Shown piece after piece: positions 1-15,276 of a DNA stretch of 64,000 bases. Positions within the stretch are counted from its first letter, which is position 1, and each line of letters begins with the position of its first letter. A model generated the notes under the pieces. That model did not search any database. It worked only from the letters and a program-made list of their open reading frames with translations, and was not told where the DNA came from. The DNA is from the human T2T-CHM13v2.0 reference genome, Homo sapiens, in NCBI RefSeq assembly GCF_009914755.1, contig NC_060928.1; one strand, 5' to 3'. Position numbers and translations under genes: made by a program.

Positions 1-66
1 AGATCGCACCACTCCACTCTAGCCTGGCAACAGAGCGATACTCAGTCTCAAAAAAAAAAAAAAAAT
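1..66 (+). mobile_element. Alu 3' end with poly(A), truncated by window edge
   Basis: gatcgcaccactccactctagcctggcaacagagcgatactcagtctc followed by an A tract. Confidence 0.9.
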
Positions 67-1844
67 ATGAGACGCAGGGAAGGATGTGCGTAGACGCGGA
101 CAGTGGTCAGAACTGGGTTTCAGACTCCAGCCTTGTGAATGACTCCCAAGCCCTTGTCAGAAACACCCTCTAGGGGAGGGGGCCTTTGCGAGCCTTGTTC
201 TTGTAGGGCTGACCTCAACTCCAAGTGCAAGGTCTGGGGTGGAGCCTGGACTTACTTATTTGAGCGCCTCCTGTGTGCAGGCACCACCTGCAGAGGAAGA
301 GATGGGGCCAATGGGGCTCATGGGCCAAGCACGGGCTGTGGTGGCAGGAGCCGTGGGATGTCTGCCCCAGAGGTAGCAGAGGTGCAAACATGAAAGGGGC
401 CGGGATGCTTTCCTGAGTGCTGCAGCCCAGGGGAGAGGGGCTGATAGTTTACAAACCACCCCCGAGACGTGGAGCCTGCCAGGCAGGAAGGCACAAAGAG
501 AACGGAACGCTGCACCAGTGCGGTGTGGAGAGGCAGTGTGGACCTTGAGACCAGCTGTGGGTCACCGGGGAGCCAAGGGAAGGGGCTGGCCAGCAGAGGG
601 AAGCCTCAGAGCCAAGGGCCAGTCCTCAGATGGGTCCGTGTTAGGACGCGGAGGGGCTTGCAGGGTTCCCAGGGAAACCAGTGGATCTGCTTTGTGTGGT
701 ACAAACACAAAGCTCAAATATTTGCTCATATGACTCAGGCCCTTGCCTGCCTACCAGGAACCTGGCCACGAACTAGAGTGGCCAGATAGGTCTTTCAGGC
801 CCAGAGTGCTGGCCTGCCCCATGGGCTCCCGTGAGCATCGCCTGCAGCCAGCCTGCTCTGGCAGCACCGGCCAGGGCCACACCAAGGCACTGTTTCCCGA
901 GACTTGCTGCCAAAGCCCCATTTTCCAGGATGCCTGAGCTGCCTGGGGTTCTATGTGGAGTGAGGGGAACTGCCTTCTCCCTAAGCATTACAACAAAAGG
1001 ACTTACTTGTCAACTCAGAAGCATCACTCTGGACTCCAGAACCTCACAAAGTTTATCCTCAAACGTTGTTCCTCCAGCTTCTTGCCCTGCTCTGGAGCTG
1101 CTGGTAGAAACTGCTCCAACCAAAAATAAATCCAAGTTTAAGGTGCAGTCTGGCCACAGGTTAAGACAGGGCCCTGGAGATAAATCTCATAACCAATCAT
1201 TGCCATTTAGGAACTCTGTGACTTTGGGGAATTTTCTTGAATTCCCTAAGCCTCATTTTTCTTTTCTGTTACCAAAGGTTAAAAAGAGTACCCAGCCCTG
1301 TCCACTGGCTTATGAAGATCAAACAAAAATAAGCTGAACTACTAATTATATTTTTAAAAAACACCCACAGAAACGTTGCCATGGGTTGGTAGACTCATGC
1401 CCTTCACATGGAAACCGTTAGTATCTTATACTCTTGAACTTAAGAATTTTTTTTAATTTGGGATTTTCCTCCTAAATTAAGTACGTTTACTATATAAAAT
1501 TTGGAAATTCAGAAAAGCATGAAGACAGTTGTTTTTAATTGTACCACCTAGAGAAAAGATACTGTTTTTAAATTCTGATCTTTTTTTCCTATAAGTAAAA
1601 TTTTCCCATTTTACAAATGAATACATTGAGGCTTAGAAAGCTGAAGTATTTTGTCCCAGGTCCCAGTCAGAAGAGAGCTGAATCCAGCTCAGCCTGATTC
1701 CAAGGTCTTAGGAACAAGCTGTGTCTTCTCCTAGACAGATCCTCGTATTCACCCTTGGCATCCTGTGGGTGAAATGTTAGAATACATCGTCAATTTAAAA
1801 ATTAGGGAGGGTGTAATTTTATTCATTAAAATATGTACATATTT

Positions 1845-2150
<306 letters not shown>

Positions 2151-2513
2151 TCAATGTAAAATAAAATATGTACATATTTAATCATTGGTGATTTAAAAGT
2201 AGACAGTCCTCTGGAGGGAATATTGCATGGAAGTAGGAGGCATGCAGTCAGTTGAAATGGCCTCCTGCAGCCCTTTCCATTCATAGCATTTGTACGATTC
2301 ATCACTCTGACATTAAGACTATCTGAAAGTTCAAAGCACAAAAAGCACCAAATTGAGGTGCAATAACTCTGATATTTCATGGACAGGCACCCCATGCCAG
2401 TGGAGAACAAAATCTAAATTATGACTACAGATGAACTTATTATAAAGGAAGAAAGCATATATCTCTACTTAGATAAATTTTAAATCTCAAATGTGTTAAG
2501 TCAGCAAAAATGA

Positions 2514-2851
<338 letters not shown>

Positions 2852-4217
2852 TCAGATGCCTCAGGCTCTGTCAAATTAGGTGTCTGGTTTACTCTTGCTA
2901 CTGCTGCTGAAAAAGAGAAAGCTTCCTGTAACACTGAAGGGGACAGACCTCAGTGTCTCAGTTTTGATTCATACCTATTTTTTCAAGAAAGGTCTAATTT
3001 TATATAACACCTCACTCAAAATGTATTCAGTGCCAACGTTTTCTGGGTCCTCTACTTTTTGACGAGGAGATGACAGTCTTTTAAAAAATCATCATGTCTC
3101 AGAGGTTTCTAGCCCAGCTGCTGCATTTGGAGCAGCTGCATTCCCTGCTGGCATGAACAACTCTCTTTACCTGTAGTGTCTTCCTACTTTGACTACAAGT
3201 CTGCCATTCTGCTATTTTCCTTAACTGGTTCTATGTCTTGCGAGATCCTCTTTTTGCCTGGAATTATTTTTGAATCCAACACAGGACTTACCAGTGCCCG
3301 ACACGTGATAGGCATTCAAGTAATACTTATTTTCAGAAAACGAGTGAGATGGGCATTATATTAATGTATTAATCCAACGCATTTACTGATTACCATTTAT
3401 ATGCCAGGTACTGTGCTGGCCACTAGGGAGGGTGATGAACCAACAGTCTTTGACTTCCAGGGACTTTGTCTCACTGGGGAACAGGTACCTAAGTGCACCA
3501 TCACTAAGCAGGAGATCAAAGGCTGAGATGGGGCCGCACACAGGCTTCTGTGGAGGCACTAACAGCTCTTCAATGAGACTTTGGGGATAGACTGCGTTAG
3601 GGTCTGTAGAATTCTTCAGAAGTCATTATCAATTTGTGAGTGTGTTGCTATTTCATGATTAAGCACTCTCCTAGAATTGGAAAGAACTGTGGTGGGAGAT
3701 AATTAGCAGAAGATTACCTTCTAATTAATTGTAACATCTCCAGCATAAGGTACTATAATTTGAGAGAACATTGGTAACTCACTATACAGTCACTTAGGAC
3801 AGGTTTGCTTTGCACCTTAAAGCCATGGCAGACTCCTTTGTATCTTTGTGCTCTGAGAGATCTGCTTGTTACTGGGTTCAAGTCTGGTGAGGGAGTGTTT
3901 GCTTGGATCTGGATAATTGCTGGTGGGTGAAAACCAGCTGAAAATACCTATTCTCCCTGTAGCAAACCAAAGAGATAAAGGACGCCATTATCACGAAAGC
4001 CACATGCCTGGTCAGGTCTCGGAGCATCATTGCCAGTTCCACTTGAGGCCTCCCCAACTACAGAAGAACCCAGTGGGCCTGTCCTGCTTTTAGTTTGAGG
4101 CACACAGGAAGTTCTGTTCGCCAGTGATTTGCTTTGGCTTTGAAGAAAAGCGTAGAGGGAAGACTAAAATGTTGATGAATAAGTGAGTGAGAATGGAAGC
4201 CAGAAGTCAAAGCTTTT

Positions 4218-4506
4218 GGAGACAGGATCTCACTATTACCCAGTTTGGAATACAGTGGCACGATCACTACTCACAGCGGCCTCCACCCCCTGGGCTCAAC
4301 TGATCCTCCCACCTCAGCCTCAGCCTCCTGAGGCACTGAGACCACAGGCATGTACCACCACACCCGGCTAATCTTTTTGTATTTTTATAGAGATAGGGTT
4401 TTGTGATGTTTCCCAGGCTGGTTTCAAACTCCTGGGCTCAAGTGGTCCACCTGCCTTGACCTCCCAACATGTTGGGATTACAGGTGTGAGCCATGGCGAC
4501 CGGCCT
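4218..4506 (-). mobile_element. AluJ, diverged
   Basis: Reverse Alu with AluJ-type ctcctgggctcaagtg motif. Confidence 0.85.
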
Positions 4507-4640
4507 AAAGCTTTTTAACTCATTACTACTTTTGAGTGGTTTGATTTAAAAAAGTGTATTCGAGCCATGAAAGTTAGAAAAGGAATTTTAATCAACCTTC
4601 ATTGGCTTCCAAGGGAGCACACTTTACAAAACAAAATCAT

Positions 4641-4982
<342 letters not shown>

Positions 4983-5301
4983 TCACAACCAAGTCCCCTG
5001 CCCAGAGTTGGGTTCCCACCGTTCTTCAGAGGTAGCCAGCACCAAAAACCGTGTTGCATTTTTTTATGATTCACTTAAGTGTAGGAGTGGGAGAATATGT
5101 TTAACCCCAAATCTGCACATCTCAAAATTCAATCTAGGATTAAGAAGAAATGAAAACAAGCCCCTAGCTCCAAGATAATCACTGATATTGCATTAAGGAA
5201 ACAGACCTACCAGGTATTTTTGACACAAGGAATAAGGGGCATTTTACTATTTGATACTCAATGAACTCGTGTATAGCAAGGGCCCTGTTGTCGAGATCTG
5301 A

Positions 5302-5729
<428 letters not shown>

Positions 5730-5809
5730 AAAATTTCATTTTTTGGTACAGATTAATGCATTTCTTCAGAGGATCCAAGAACATGTTTCATTAGACTTGA
5801 ACACTGTCA

Positions 5810-6153
<344 letters not shown>

Positions 6154-6208
6154 TCATTGAAGCAGAAACAACCATCAACAGTGAGTAGACTGAACTCCCT
6201 TTCATTGA

Positions 6209-6606
<398 letters not shown>

Positions 6607-6701
6607 CAAAATCACTTAAATTTAAGATTAATCTAAGGGGATTAGTGAGCTTCTAACTGAAACAGTGTCTCGGGACTACATAATTTAATAAATCCAAAGA
6701 A

Positions 6702-6707
6702 TTTAAT
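6702..6707 (-). terminator. Candidate CCDC96 polyadenylation signal ATTAAA
   Basis: tttaat on + strand about 400 nt past the stop codon in an AT-rich tract. Confidence 0.5.
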
Positions 6708-7105
6708 AATTAGCTTAATGCACAGGGTTTTTTTGTACCTTGCCCATTCGCTGAACTTTTAAACCCTCCTACATATGAAAGAGGAACAGTACTCTTTAGT
6801 ATTACATCACTGAAATTATAGAATTGCTCAGACTTGAGACTTTTGACAGTTTTTCATGAGAAGTCAGTTACATTAAATCACCCTTTGTTTGCTTTTCTGG
6901 ACCTATTTTTGCTCAATCCCAGATAAAACTCCTAACCCAGGTTTGGGCTCAGCACTGATTTGGAAGCTAAAACGTTTTGAGATAAATACAAAATAGAGTC
7001 CCGTCCCAAATGACACAGGCCTTTTTAATAGCAACGAAGGTAAAATAAAGCAGGACAGCACGTCCTGAGGATGAAGTGTTTTGCAGACTCTTCTCATCGA
7101 TCTGG

Positions 7106-8773
7106 TCAAGAAGGGAGAAAGGCTTTGGCCTCCCTGATCTTCTGCCTCACGCCTCTGCAGGACAAAGTGAGGCTAGCGTGGTGGCGCTTCAGGGATTCCA
7201 GGCGCCGGTGAAGCAGTTCGGTCTTGTCCACCTTTTCTTCCAAGTCCCGAAGAAGTGAGTCCTTGCCTAGAAGGCCGCACTTCTGATTCAGTCTGATGTT
7301 GTCCGTCCGCAGCCCCTCTCGGGCTTGCTTCGTCTTGGTCAGGATGTCTCTTCCTAGGGCGGCCTGGGCCTCGATTTCTGCCAGCTGTGTCTTTTTGCAC
7401 GCGTTCTCCATGTCCATGAAGTGCAGCTTTTCCTTCACGTGGGTTATTACTTGCACACTGTTGGTCACCTTGCTGCGAAGTTTTAAAAGTTCCTCATTTC
7501 GTTCCTCAATTTTCTCATTGAAGGTTTGGTTCTCAATCTTCAGCTGTTCAAAGTCAATAAGAAGCAGACCCTGGGTCAGGTCCTCCTGGGTCCTCATCCT
7601 GGTTTCAAAATGCACCAGGCTCTGCTTCAGCTGAATGTTCTCCAGCCGCACGGCGCTCATCTCCTTCTCCTTTTTATCCTCCAACGCCTGGATCTGCTCC
7701 ACCTCTCGCAGAGCAGCCTGGCGCCCGCCCCTCATCCGACAGCTGCCCATGGCCTGCATCACCACCTGCTTCTTGAGTGCCTGGAAGCGTCGCCACTCCT
7801 TCTCCACCCTGGTGAGCTTCTCCTGGCACTGCCGCTTCAACTGGCCCAGCTCCTGGTGGTACCACTGCAGGTCGTCTGCCTGCTGCTTCTTCAGCTCCTC
7901 CAGCATGCCCAGATGGCGCAGGTACGCTTGCTCTTTCTCGGGGGCCTCGGCCTCTGCGCCCCGGTCAGCCACCTCAGCGGCCTCCAGGCCCTTCTTTCTG
8001 CGCAGCGCCTCGAAGATCTTGTGCTGCAGGTATAGGTTGTAGCGCTGGGAGCGGTTCCGCTCCACCAGCAGGGAACGGTACTGGTCCAGGAGGTCGCTGC
8101 GCAGCTGCTGCTCCTGCAGCTTCTGGACCTCCTCGGACCACTCGAGGTCCTCAAACTCGTCCCTTCCATAGAGGCGCTTCCCCTCTTCCTGGCTTTTGGC
8201 CGGGCGTCCTTCCCCATCCCTCTCCTTGCTCTCCGCGCCGTCTCTCTGCGTCTCCTCCTTGTCCTCTTCCTCCCCCTCCACCCGCTCTGTCTCGGCCTCC
8301 GGGGCTGCAGCAGCCTCTTCCTCATCGATCCTGGTCAGCGGCAGAGAGGCCTGGAACCTGACTTCCTTCCCCTCTGCCGCCTGCTCCAGTTCCTCCGCCC
8401 CCGCCTCCGCCTCTAGTTCCTCGGGCCCGGCTCCGGGCTCCGGCTGGGCGGGCTCCTCAGCCCCGACCTCGGCCGGCTCTTCGGGCTCGGGCTGGGGCTC
8501 GGCCGGCCTCCCCGGCTCTCCAGGCCCCTCCTCGCCCGCAGCCTCGGCTGCCGTTAGCCCTTTCGGGGCCTCGGCCTGCTCGTCCGCGGCGGTGCCTCCC
8601 TGCGAAGCCGCTTGCTCCTCCTCCTCCTCCTCCGGCTCCGACTCCAGCTCCCCGGGTTCGGGAGAGGTCGGAGGGCCAGAGCTGGCCTTGATCTTGGACG
8701 GCCGCGCGGCCAGGCTTTCCCCGTCTCCGCCTTCCCCGCCGGGGTCCTTAGTGTGCTCAGAGCTGACGTCCAT
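7106..8773 (-). CDS. CCDC96: Coiled-coil domain-containing protein 96 / CFAP184, single coding exon, 555 aa
   Basis: First ATG at 8773 (MDVSSEHTK...) to TGA at 7106; Glu/Pro/Ala-rich N-terminus then long coiled coil (LLLIDFEQLKIENQTFNEKIEERNEEL, DUF4201-type). Confidence 0.95.
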   Translation of the reverse strand: MDVSSEHTKDPGGEGGDGESLAARPSKIKASSGPPTSPEPGELESEPEEEEEEQAASQGGTAADEQAEAPKGLTAAEAAGEEGPGEPGRPAEPQPEPEEPAEVGAEEPAQPEPGAGPEELEAEAGAEELEQAAEGKEVRFQASLPLTRIDEEEAAAAPEAETERVEGEEEDKEETQRDGAESKERDGEGRPAKSQEEGKRLYGRDEFEDLEWSEEVQKLQEQQLRSDLLDQYRSLLVERNRSQRYNLYLQHKIFEALRRKKGLEAAEVADRGAEAEAPEKEQAYLRHLGMLEELKKQQADDLQWYHQELGQLKRQCQEKLTRVEKEWRRFQALKKQVVMQAMGSCRMRGGRQAALREVEQIQALEDKKEKEMSAVRLENIQLKQSLVHFETRMRTQEDLTQGLLLIDFEQLKIENQTFNEKIEERNEELLKLRSKVTNSVQVITHVKEKLHFMDMENACKKTQLAEIEAQAALGRDILTKTKQAREGLRTDNIRLNQKCGLLGKDSLLRDLEEKVDKTELLHRRLESLKRHHASLTLSCRGVRQKIREAKAFLPS

Positions 8774-8821
8774 CTCCTCCCGGCTCGGCCAGCGCAGCGG
8801 ACCCCGGCAGGACGCTGTTAG

Positions 8822-8836
8822 GTTTCCCGGGGCAAC
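8822..8836 (-). promoter_or_regulatory. RFX X-box candidate
   Basis: GTTGCC-CCG-GGAAAC on the minus strand, 49-63 nt upstream of the CCDC96 ATG. Confidence 0.6.
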
Positions 8837-9414
8837 AGAAGGCGCGCGCGCTGGGCCCGGCGATTGGCCAGGCGACAGGCCGTCGTCCAGCGCCTTCTCC
8901 CCGCTGCCCGGCGAGAGCAAGCCAATGGGAGGCCGCGAGCTGACGATAGGCGAGATTGATTGGAAGCGGCCGTGGGCTCTCGCCGCGAGGGGCGTGGCGC
9001 CCCCGCCGGGCTTTCTGCCTGCCCATTTCCCACCGCCGGGCCTGGGGCGGGGCGTTCAGGAGGCTCTGGGAAAGGCGGCGGTGGCCGGCGCGGGGGGCGC
9101 GCAGGCGCAGAGCGGCGGGCCGGGCGTCCGCAAGGTGGCGCCCGCGGGGCGCCTGCGCGATGCGGCGGGGCGACAGCTGCGGCGGCGGTGGCGGCCGGGC
9201 CGGGCCGGACGGCGCCTGCGTACTGAGGGGGGACGCGGCCCGGCTGGCTGGCTCTGGCGGCGGCTGGGCTGGGGCCGCGGTGGCGGCAGCCGCGGCGGCG
9301 GGCGGCGGTTGCTCGTGCGCGGCGGCGGCGGCGGGTCCCGCGGGCGGCGGGGCGCTGACGGCCGGGGGCGCGGCGGCTGCGGCGGGCCGGGCGGCGGGCG
9401 GCGAGCGGGGGAAG

Positions 9415-9684
9415 ATGGCGGAGCTGGGGAAGAAGTACTGCGTGTACTGCCTGGCCGAGGTGAGCCCGCTGCGCTTCCGCTGCACCGAGTGCCAGGACAT
9501 CGAGCTGTGCCCCGAGTGCTTCTCGGCCGGCGCCGAGATCGGCCACCACCGCCGCTACCACGGCTACCAGCTGGTGGACGGCGGGCGCTTCACGCTCTGG
9601 GGGCCCGAGGCCGAGGGCGGCTGGACCAGTCGCGAGGAGCAGCTGCTGCTGGACGCCATCGAGCAGTTCGGCTTCGGAAACTGG
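9415..9684 (+). CDS. TADA2B: Transcriptional adapter 2-beta, coding exon 1 (aa 1-90; ZZ zinc finger and start of SANT)
   Basis: AAGATGGCG start; MAELGKKYCVYC...CTEC...CPEC...HRRYH...WTSREEQLLLDAIEQFGFGNW; donor TGG|GTGAGC, phase 0. Confidence 0.96.
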
Positions 9685-12600
9685 GTGAGCGGCGCGACGG
9701 GGGCCGGGTCCCGGCTAGGGCACTGGAAGGCCCGCGCCTCTCCTGTAATCGGGCGCGCAGGCAGCGCTGGACCTGCTCGCTCGCTCCGCACCCCAGAAGG
9801 CCCCGGAGGTGGGGAGGGCGACGCTGCCGGTTTATAGTCGGGCACCTGTCGGAACCTATGCTCTGAGAGGCTGTGACGCGCCCAAGGTCACACAGCCGAG
9901 ACGGGGCCGAGTGGGGCTTTGAACGCTGGCTTCTGACAGCAGAGCCATTTCCCTCACCTTCAGGGACGCCTTCACAGGCGTTTGCGGAGTGCAGACGTTG
10001 GGCAAGACTCGGTGCCTTACCTGAGTTCGTGGAGACAGGCAGGCCCACAGACTCGACAGAAAGCGGTGGGAGCACCAGGGAAGGAGAGCGGTGGGCGCCC
10101 TGCGGCTTGTCTCGGGGTCTCTGGGGCGGCCCCGTTTGCTTTCTGTCACTGTATGCATGTGCCCTGTGTGGTCCGCAGTGCACAGAGTCTTTTGTGGGTA
10201 GCGTGCCTGGTTTATGCTTGGGTCCCCACAACCCACGACCTTGTGCGAATGGTCAGTAAAGAATGAACAAAGAGGCCTGGCCTGGGAGGCCTGGGGCTTG
10301 GGTTTTGCTCTCTTTACCTTTGAGGTTTCTGTAGAGACAGCCCTGTGTGGGGAGCGGTGAGAGCTGGACTGGATCCACTTACGCTAGCAACATCGTGTGC
10401 TAGGTTCTGTCCTTGAGAGAGGAACATGGTTCTCTCTGGGCGGTCTCTCAGCTCTCCTTCCACTCTGGAAGCTTGCATCCGTATTAGAAAGGAGAAAATC
10501 TCTAGCCGTATTCCCGCTCATAACCACCAAAGACATGTGGCCATCCCCGGGCACCCTGAGGAGGAGGGGAGTGAGACACCCCCAGCGCCCTTAGCTTTCC
10601 AGAGTCTTCCCCTGCTACACCAGGTGCCTGCTTCTCGGAACAGCATCCATCTCGCTGCCACCTCTCCAGCAGTCCTGCCTGGGCTGCTTTGATTGCCTTT
10701 TGCTTTCCTTTCCTGAGTGAGTCTCAGGGCCGCCTCACATACTCATTCTGAAGCCCTGGAATGTTGATTCTCCTCCCAACTCCTTAGAGAAGATGCTCCT
10801 TTACAAACCCTTACCTAATGGCCACCAGCACTGGGATCTCCATTTTTCAGAAACTCCGTCCCACCTTGTCCTTCCATGCTGTTTGTGGATATGCACTGAG
10901 CATGTGTTCTGTGCGGATTCTACAGTGGCGGAGAACTCTGAAGGAAAGAGAAGGCTTTATCCCTGCATTCAGGGAGCTTAAAGTGTGGTACTGACTTGGT
11001 CCTAGGCCCAGAGCTCTTCCCTAGCACCAGCCCTCCATGTCCAGCCGCCTCCCTGGCCTACCTGCCTCTCTTAGTTCCTTGTTCCACTAAGTTCCTGATC
11101 CAATTTATCAGCTGTCTCCTCACAGTACATGCAGAACAAACCACTTCTTACAGCCGTAGTCCCGGCTGATGTTTACGTTTACTTCTTGCCTTGACCACTT
11201 TGGGAGCCTTCTTGTTCGTTATTCCCCCTCCACCCCATTCCCCTATTCCACACACCATAACCGGAGCGAGCTTTGGAAGCACAAAGCGCCTCACACCGGC
11301 CTCAGTGGCTTTTACTTCAATTAAGGCAGCTTTAGAAGTGTTGAGCAATGAGATCTCATCTGTTACCTCCCTTGATCGTTTTATATTTCTTCTACCTAGA
11401 GTGCTCTCCCTGCAAATCATGGCCCAGGATTGAGCTTTCCACTTAAATATCAGTGCCTCAGAGGGCCCTTCCCTTCACCATCCCAGCACTTACCTCTACG
11501 TTAGCTGCTAAGGAGGCGCAGAGCCTTGCTGGCATATCTGTGCGTATCTCAGGACATTTTCCCGACAGCCCTTGGCAGTTGGCTTTGGACGGACCAGTTT
11601 GACTTCAGAGCCTGTACTCTTAACTTCACTGTCTGCACTGCCTTCCCTGCGGCACTGTGGAAAATACACAGAACACAAGACCTGGGGAACAAAAACATCT
11701 ATGTGGTTTTGGAAGAAACCAGGCTAGAAGTGGAGAGGCCTCTTCTAAAACAATACTTTCCGAACGAATGTGCACACAGAGCACCTGGGGAGCTGGTGAA
11801 AATGCAGATTCTGACTCAGCTGGTAGAGGAGGCAGAGCCAGGACAGGAAGAGAATGGGGCTGGGACTTGGTGCACAGCGAGCCTGGCCAGGCTGCGGTCA
11901 GGGCGTTCTCCCGTTGCACCAGCGCGAGGTCACGGTGAGGCCTGAGAGCCTGCATTGCAACCAGGACTCAGGGGGTGCACTGGCCCGTGACCACCCACCC
12001 CCCCGGAGTGGTGAGGCACCAGTATTTGGTCGTGCTGCCATCTCCCTGGCAGAACCTCGTTGCGTTATCCCCCGGGACTTTATTTTTCTTCCTCTGAGGC
12101 TGTTCTGCAGCTCTGAGATGGGTGGTGCTCTTCTGAGCATGTATCCAGCTATGTGCACAGAGCTGGCGTGTCCCACTTTGGCATATTTAGCCTCTGCCCG
12201 CTCTGGGCCAGGCTCTTCCCATATGTGTCCTGTGGGATCTTTCTGGCAACCCTCGGGGGTGGGTTCTTATTCTTACAGTTGAAGAACAGCAGCTGTAAGA
12301 AACTAAGCGCCTTGTCAGGGATTCCATGGCATTCATGTGATAGAGCCAGGAATGAACGCAGGCCTATGTGATTCCAAAGCCTGGGCCCTAACCCATTCTG
12401 GGTGAGAGCATTAAGCAATGTGGGTCAGAGGCTGGGAGGCCATCGGTGCCACCGCAGGAGTGGCAGAAGGGCTTGACCTGATTCACTGGAGATTAGTGTG
12501 GAGGCAGGGCCTGGACTCATGGGCTGCGACTGTGAGTGTGGAAGGAGATGGTGTGGGGGCTGGCGACAGTGATGTGACGAAAGATGAGACCTGTTGAGTT

Positions 12601-14244
12601 CTACTTTCAGATGGCAAATGGTGACACCTGGCCTGGGGGTTGTACAACTACATGTGGGATTCATGGGAGAGGGTGGATTGTGGCCAAATCTGGCAGCTTT
12701 GTGGTCACATTTTGTACCAGGGCTGGGGGATGGGGCCTGAAGGGGACGGGATGTAGCTGAGCAGGGTTAACAGTGACACCTGGGGGCTTAGGGACAACCC
12801 GTGTGCTGGTGTGTATGTTTGATAGCGAGGGGCAGAGAGAACAGGTTAAAGGACCTTGGCTACAGTGGGTAAGAGTTGGCAAGCAGTGGCCTAGAGTCAG
12901 ATTAGCGGGGTCTGGCGTCTCTAGAAGGCCGGTTTGTGATGGGTTCTGCGCAGGATTCCAAGAGTTAGAGGATGCAGGCCCTGCTGGAGCACAGGAACAC
13001 AGACGCAAACACAGGTGACAGCTGAGGGCAAGTCGCAGTGGTGGCAGAGGAGCCGGAGCTGTTGATTGGTTGCCAAAGAAATTGGGCTGACACTGAGGAG
13101 CTTTAGGAGGGCCAGTGCTCCTCTGCAGGTGGTGGTCAGGAGGGCTTTGGCGGGGAAGTGGGGTTCAAGCTGGCCCTTGTGGTTTTGAATCAAATGAGCA
13201 TGTGAAGTTCTCTGTGAACCATGGAAGGCCTTGTGCACACACGTCAACACTCAGGCTCCTTCTTGGAGCCAGGTGGGGTGTCCTGAGTAGAGCTGCACCC
13301 TTTGAGATGATGGTGGACACCCAGGAGGTGGCAGAAGGCCAGACACATCGATGGTCACTGCCTTGTGCGTGCATTCATTCTCTCGCTCATTCATTCAGTT
13401 AGCACAGCCTCGGGGCCTGGTGTGCGCCAGCCCCTGTGGTGAGAACAGGCTAGGAGGAAGACAGCTGCCTCACCTGGCAGGTGCCGTGTGGGCAAGTGGG
13501 CCTCAGGATGTCCTGCGGAGGGAAGGACACAAGATGGCTGTGCAGGTAGAGGAGAGTGTGGAGGAAGGAAGGGTTTTGTGTTTTAAGAGTCTGGTGTATT
13601 CAGGGCCAGGCAAAAGCCAGCTTGGGGTGAGGGAGGAAGCTGGTGAAAAGCCCTGGGTGCTGGGTACAAGAGTGTTGCTGGCTCAGGCTCTGTGATCACG
13701 CAGTGTCTGCTCGCCAGTGCCAGGCCCTGAGCAGGTGCTTTGACACGCGCCCCTCTCACCATCTCCCCGTCCCCTAATCCCTGAGACAGGTGCTCCCCAC
13801 TTTTACAAACGAGGAAACAACTGTGGGTGATGTGGGAACGTGGAATTTCAACCCAAGGCTTCTGACTCCATGCCTAGAACCATCCGTTTCATTGTTCACC
13901 AGCCATGCCGCAGGATCCCCTAGAATTCCCAGGGATCCCCTGAGATCTGCTGGATTGTCACCTCTGAGGCCGAGGTCTGGAAATTTGGATGGATGGAAAG
14001 AACCCCAGGGAGCTGTGAGGCATGGTTGGGAACCATGGGAAGTGGGGACTTACCTTCCCCGCCGGGGCAGGAGCCTCCACTGTGCGGGCTTCCAGGGATG
14101 ACCATTAAGGATGGCGGGAGGGGGAGGGAGAGCCCGGATGGGAGAGTGGCTGGGAGGGGCAGGGCACGCAGAGGTGGTCTCCAACTCCAGCCCACAGTGG
14201 GACACCCAGGATGCCTGGCTTACCTGAGTCACCCCCACCTCCCA

Positions 14245-14343
14245 AGCTGCTGAGTCAGGGGTGGGGCTTAGAATCTGCATTTCTAACAACCTCCTAGGTG
14301 CTGCTGATGCGGCCGCCGTGGGACCCCACTTTAAGAACCACTG
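14245..14343. mobile_element. MER5-type hAT DNA transposon fragment
   Basis: gaatctgcatttctaacaa...ggtgctgctgatgc...cactttaagaaccactg. Confidence 0.7.
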
Positions 14344-14399
14344 GGGTAGAGTGGTAAGACATGTCACTTTATAAAACTTCAAAATTATTTAAAAATATA

Positions 14400-15276
<877 letters not shown>

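Larger units (their letters stand above)
7900..9950. promoter_or_regulatory. CpG island / bidirectional promoter of CCDC96 and TADA2B
   Basis: Very high GC and CpG density; CCAAT boxes at 8863-8867, 8922-8926 and 8959-8963; GC boxes; divergent ATGs 642 bp apart. Confidence 0.9.

Noticed and set aside
8774-8920. 49-codon N-terminal extension of CCDC96 in the ORF track
   Set aside because: Starts at TTG within the promoter CCAAT region; the first ATG at 8773 gives the expected 555-aa protein.
8196-9866. 556-aa + strand ORF and other long ORFs over the CpG island
   Set aside because: Non-ATG starts, low-complexity Ser/Gly/Arg composition; shadow frames of CCDC96/TADA2B in stop-poor GC-rich DNA.
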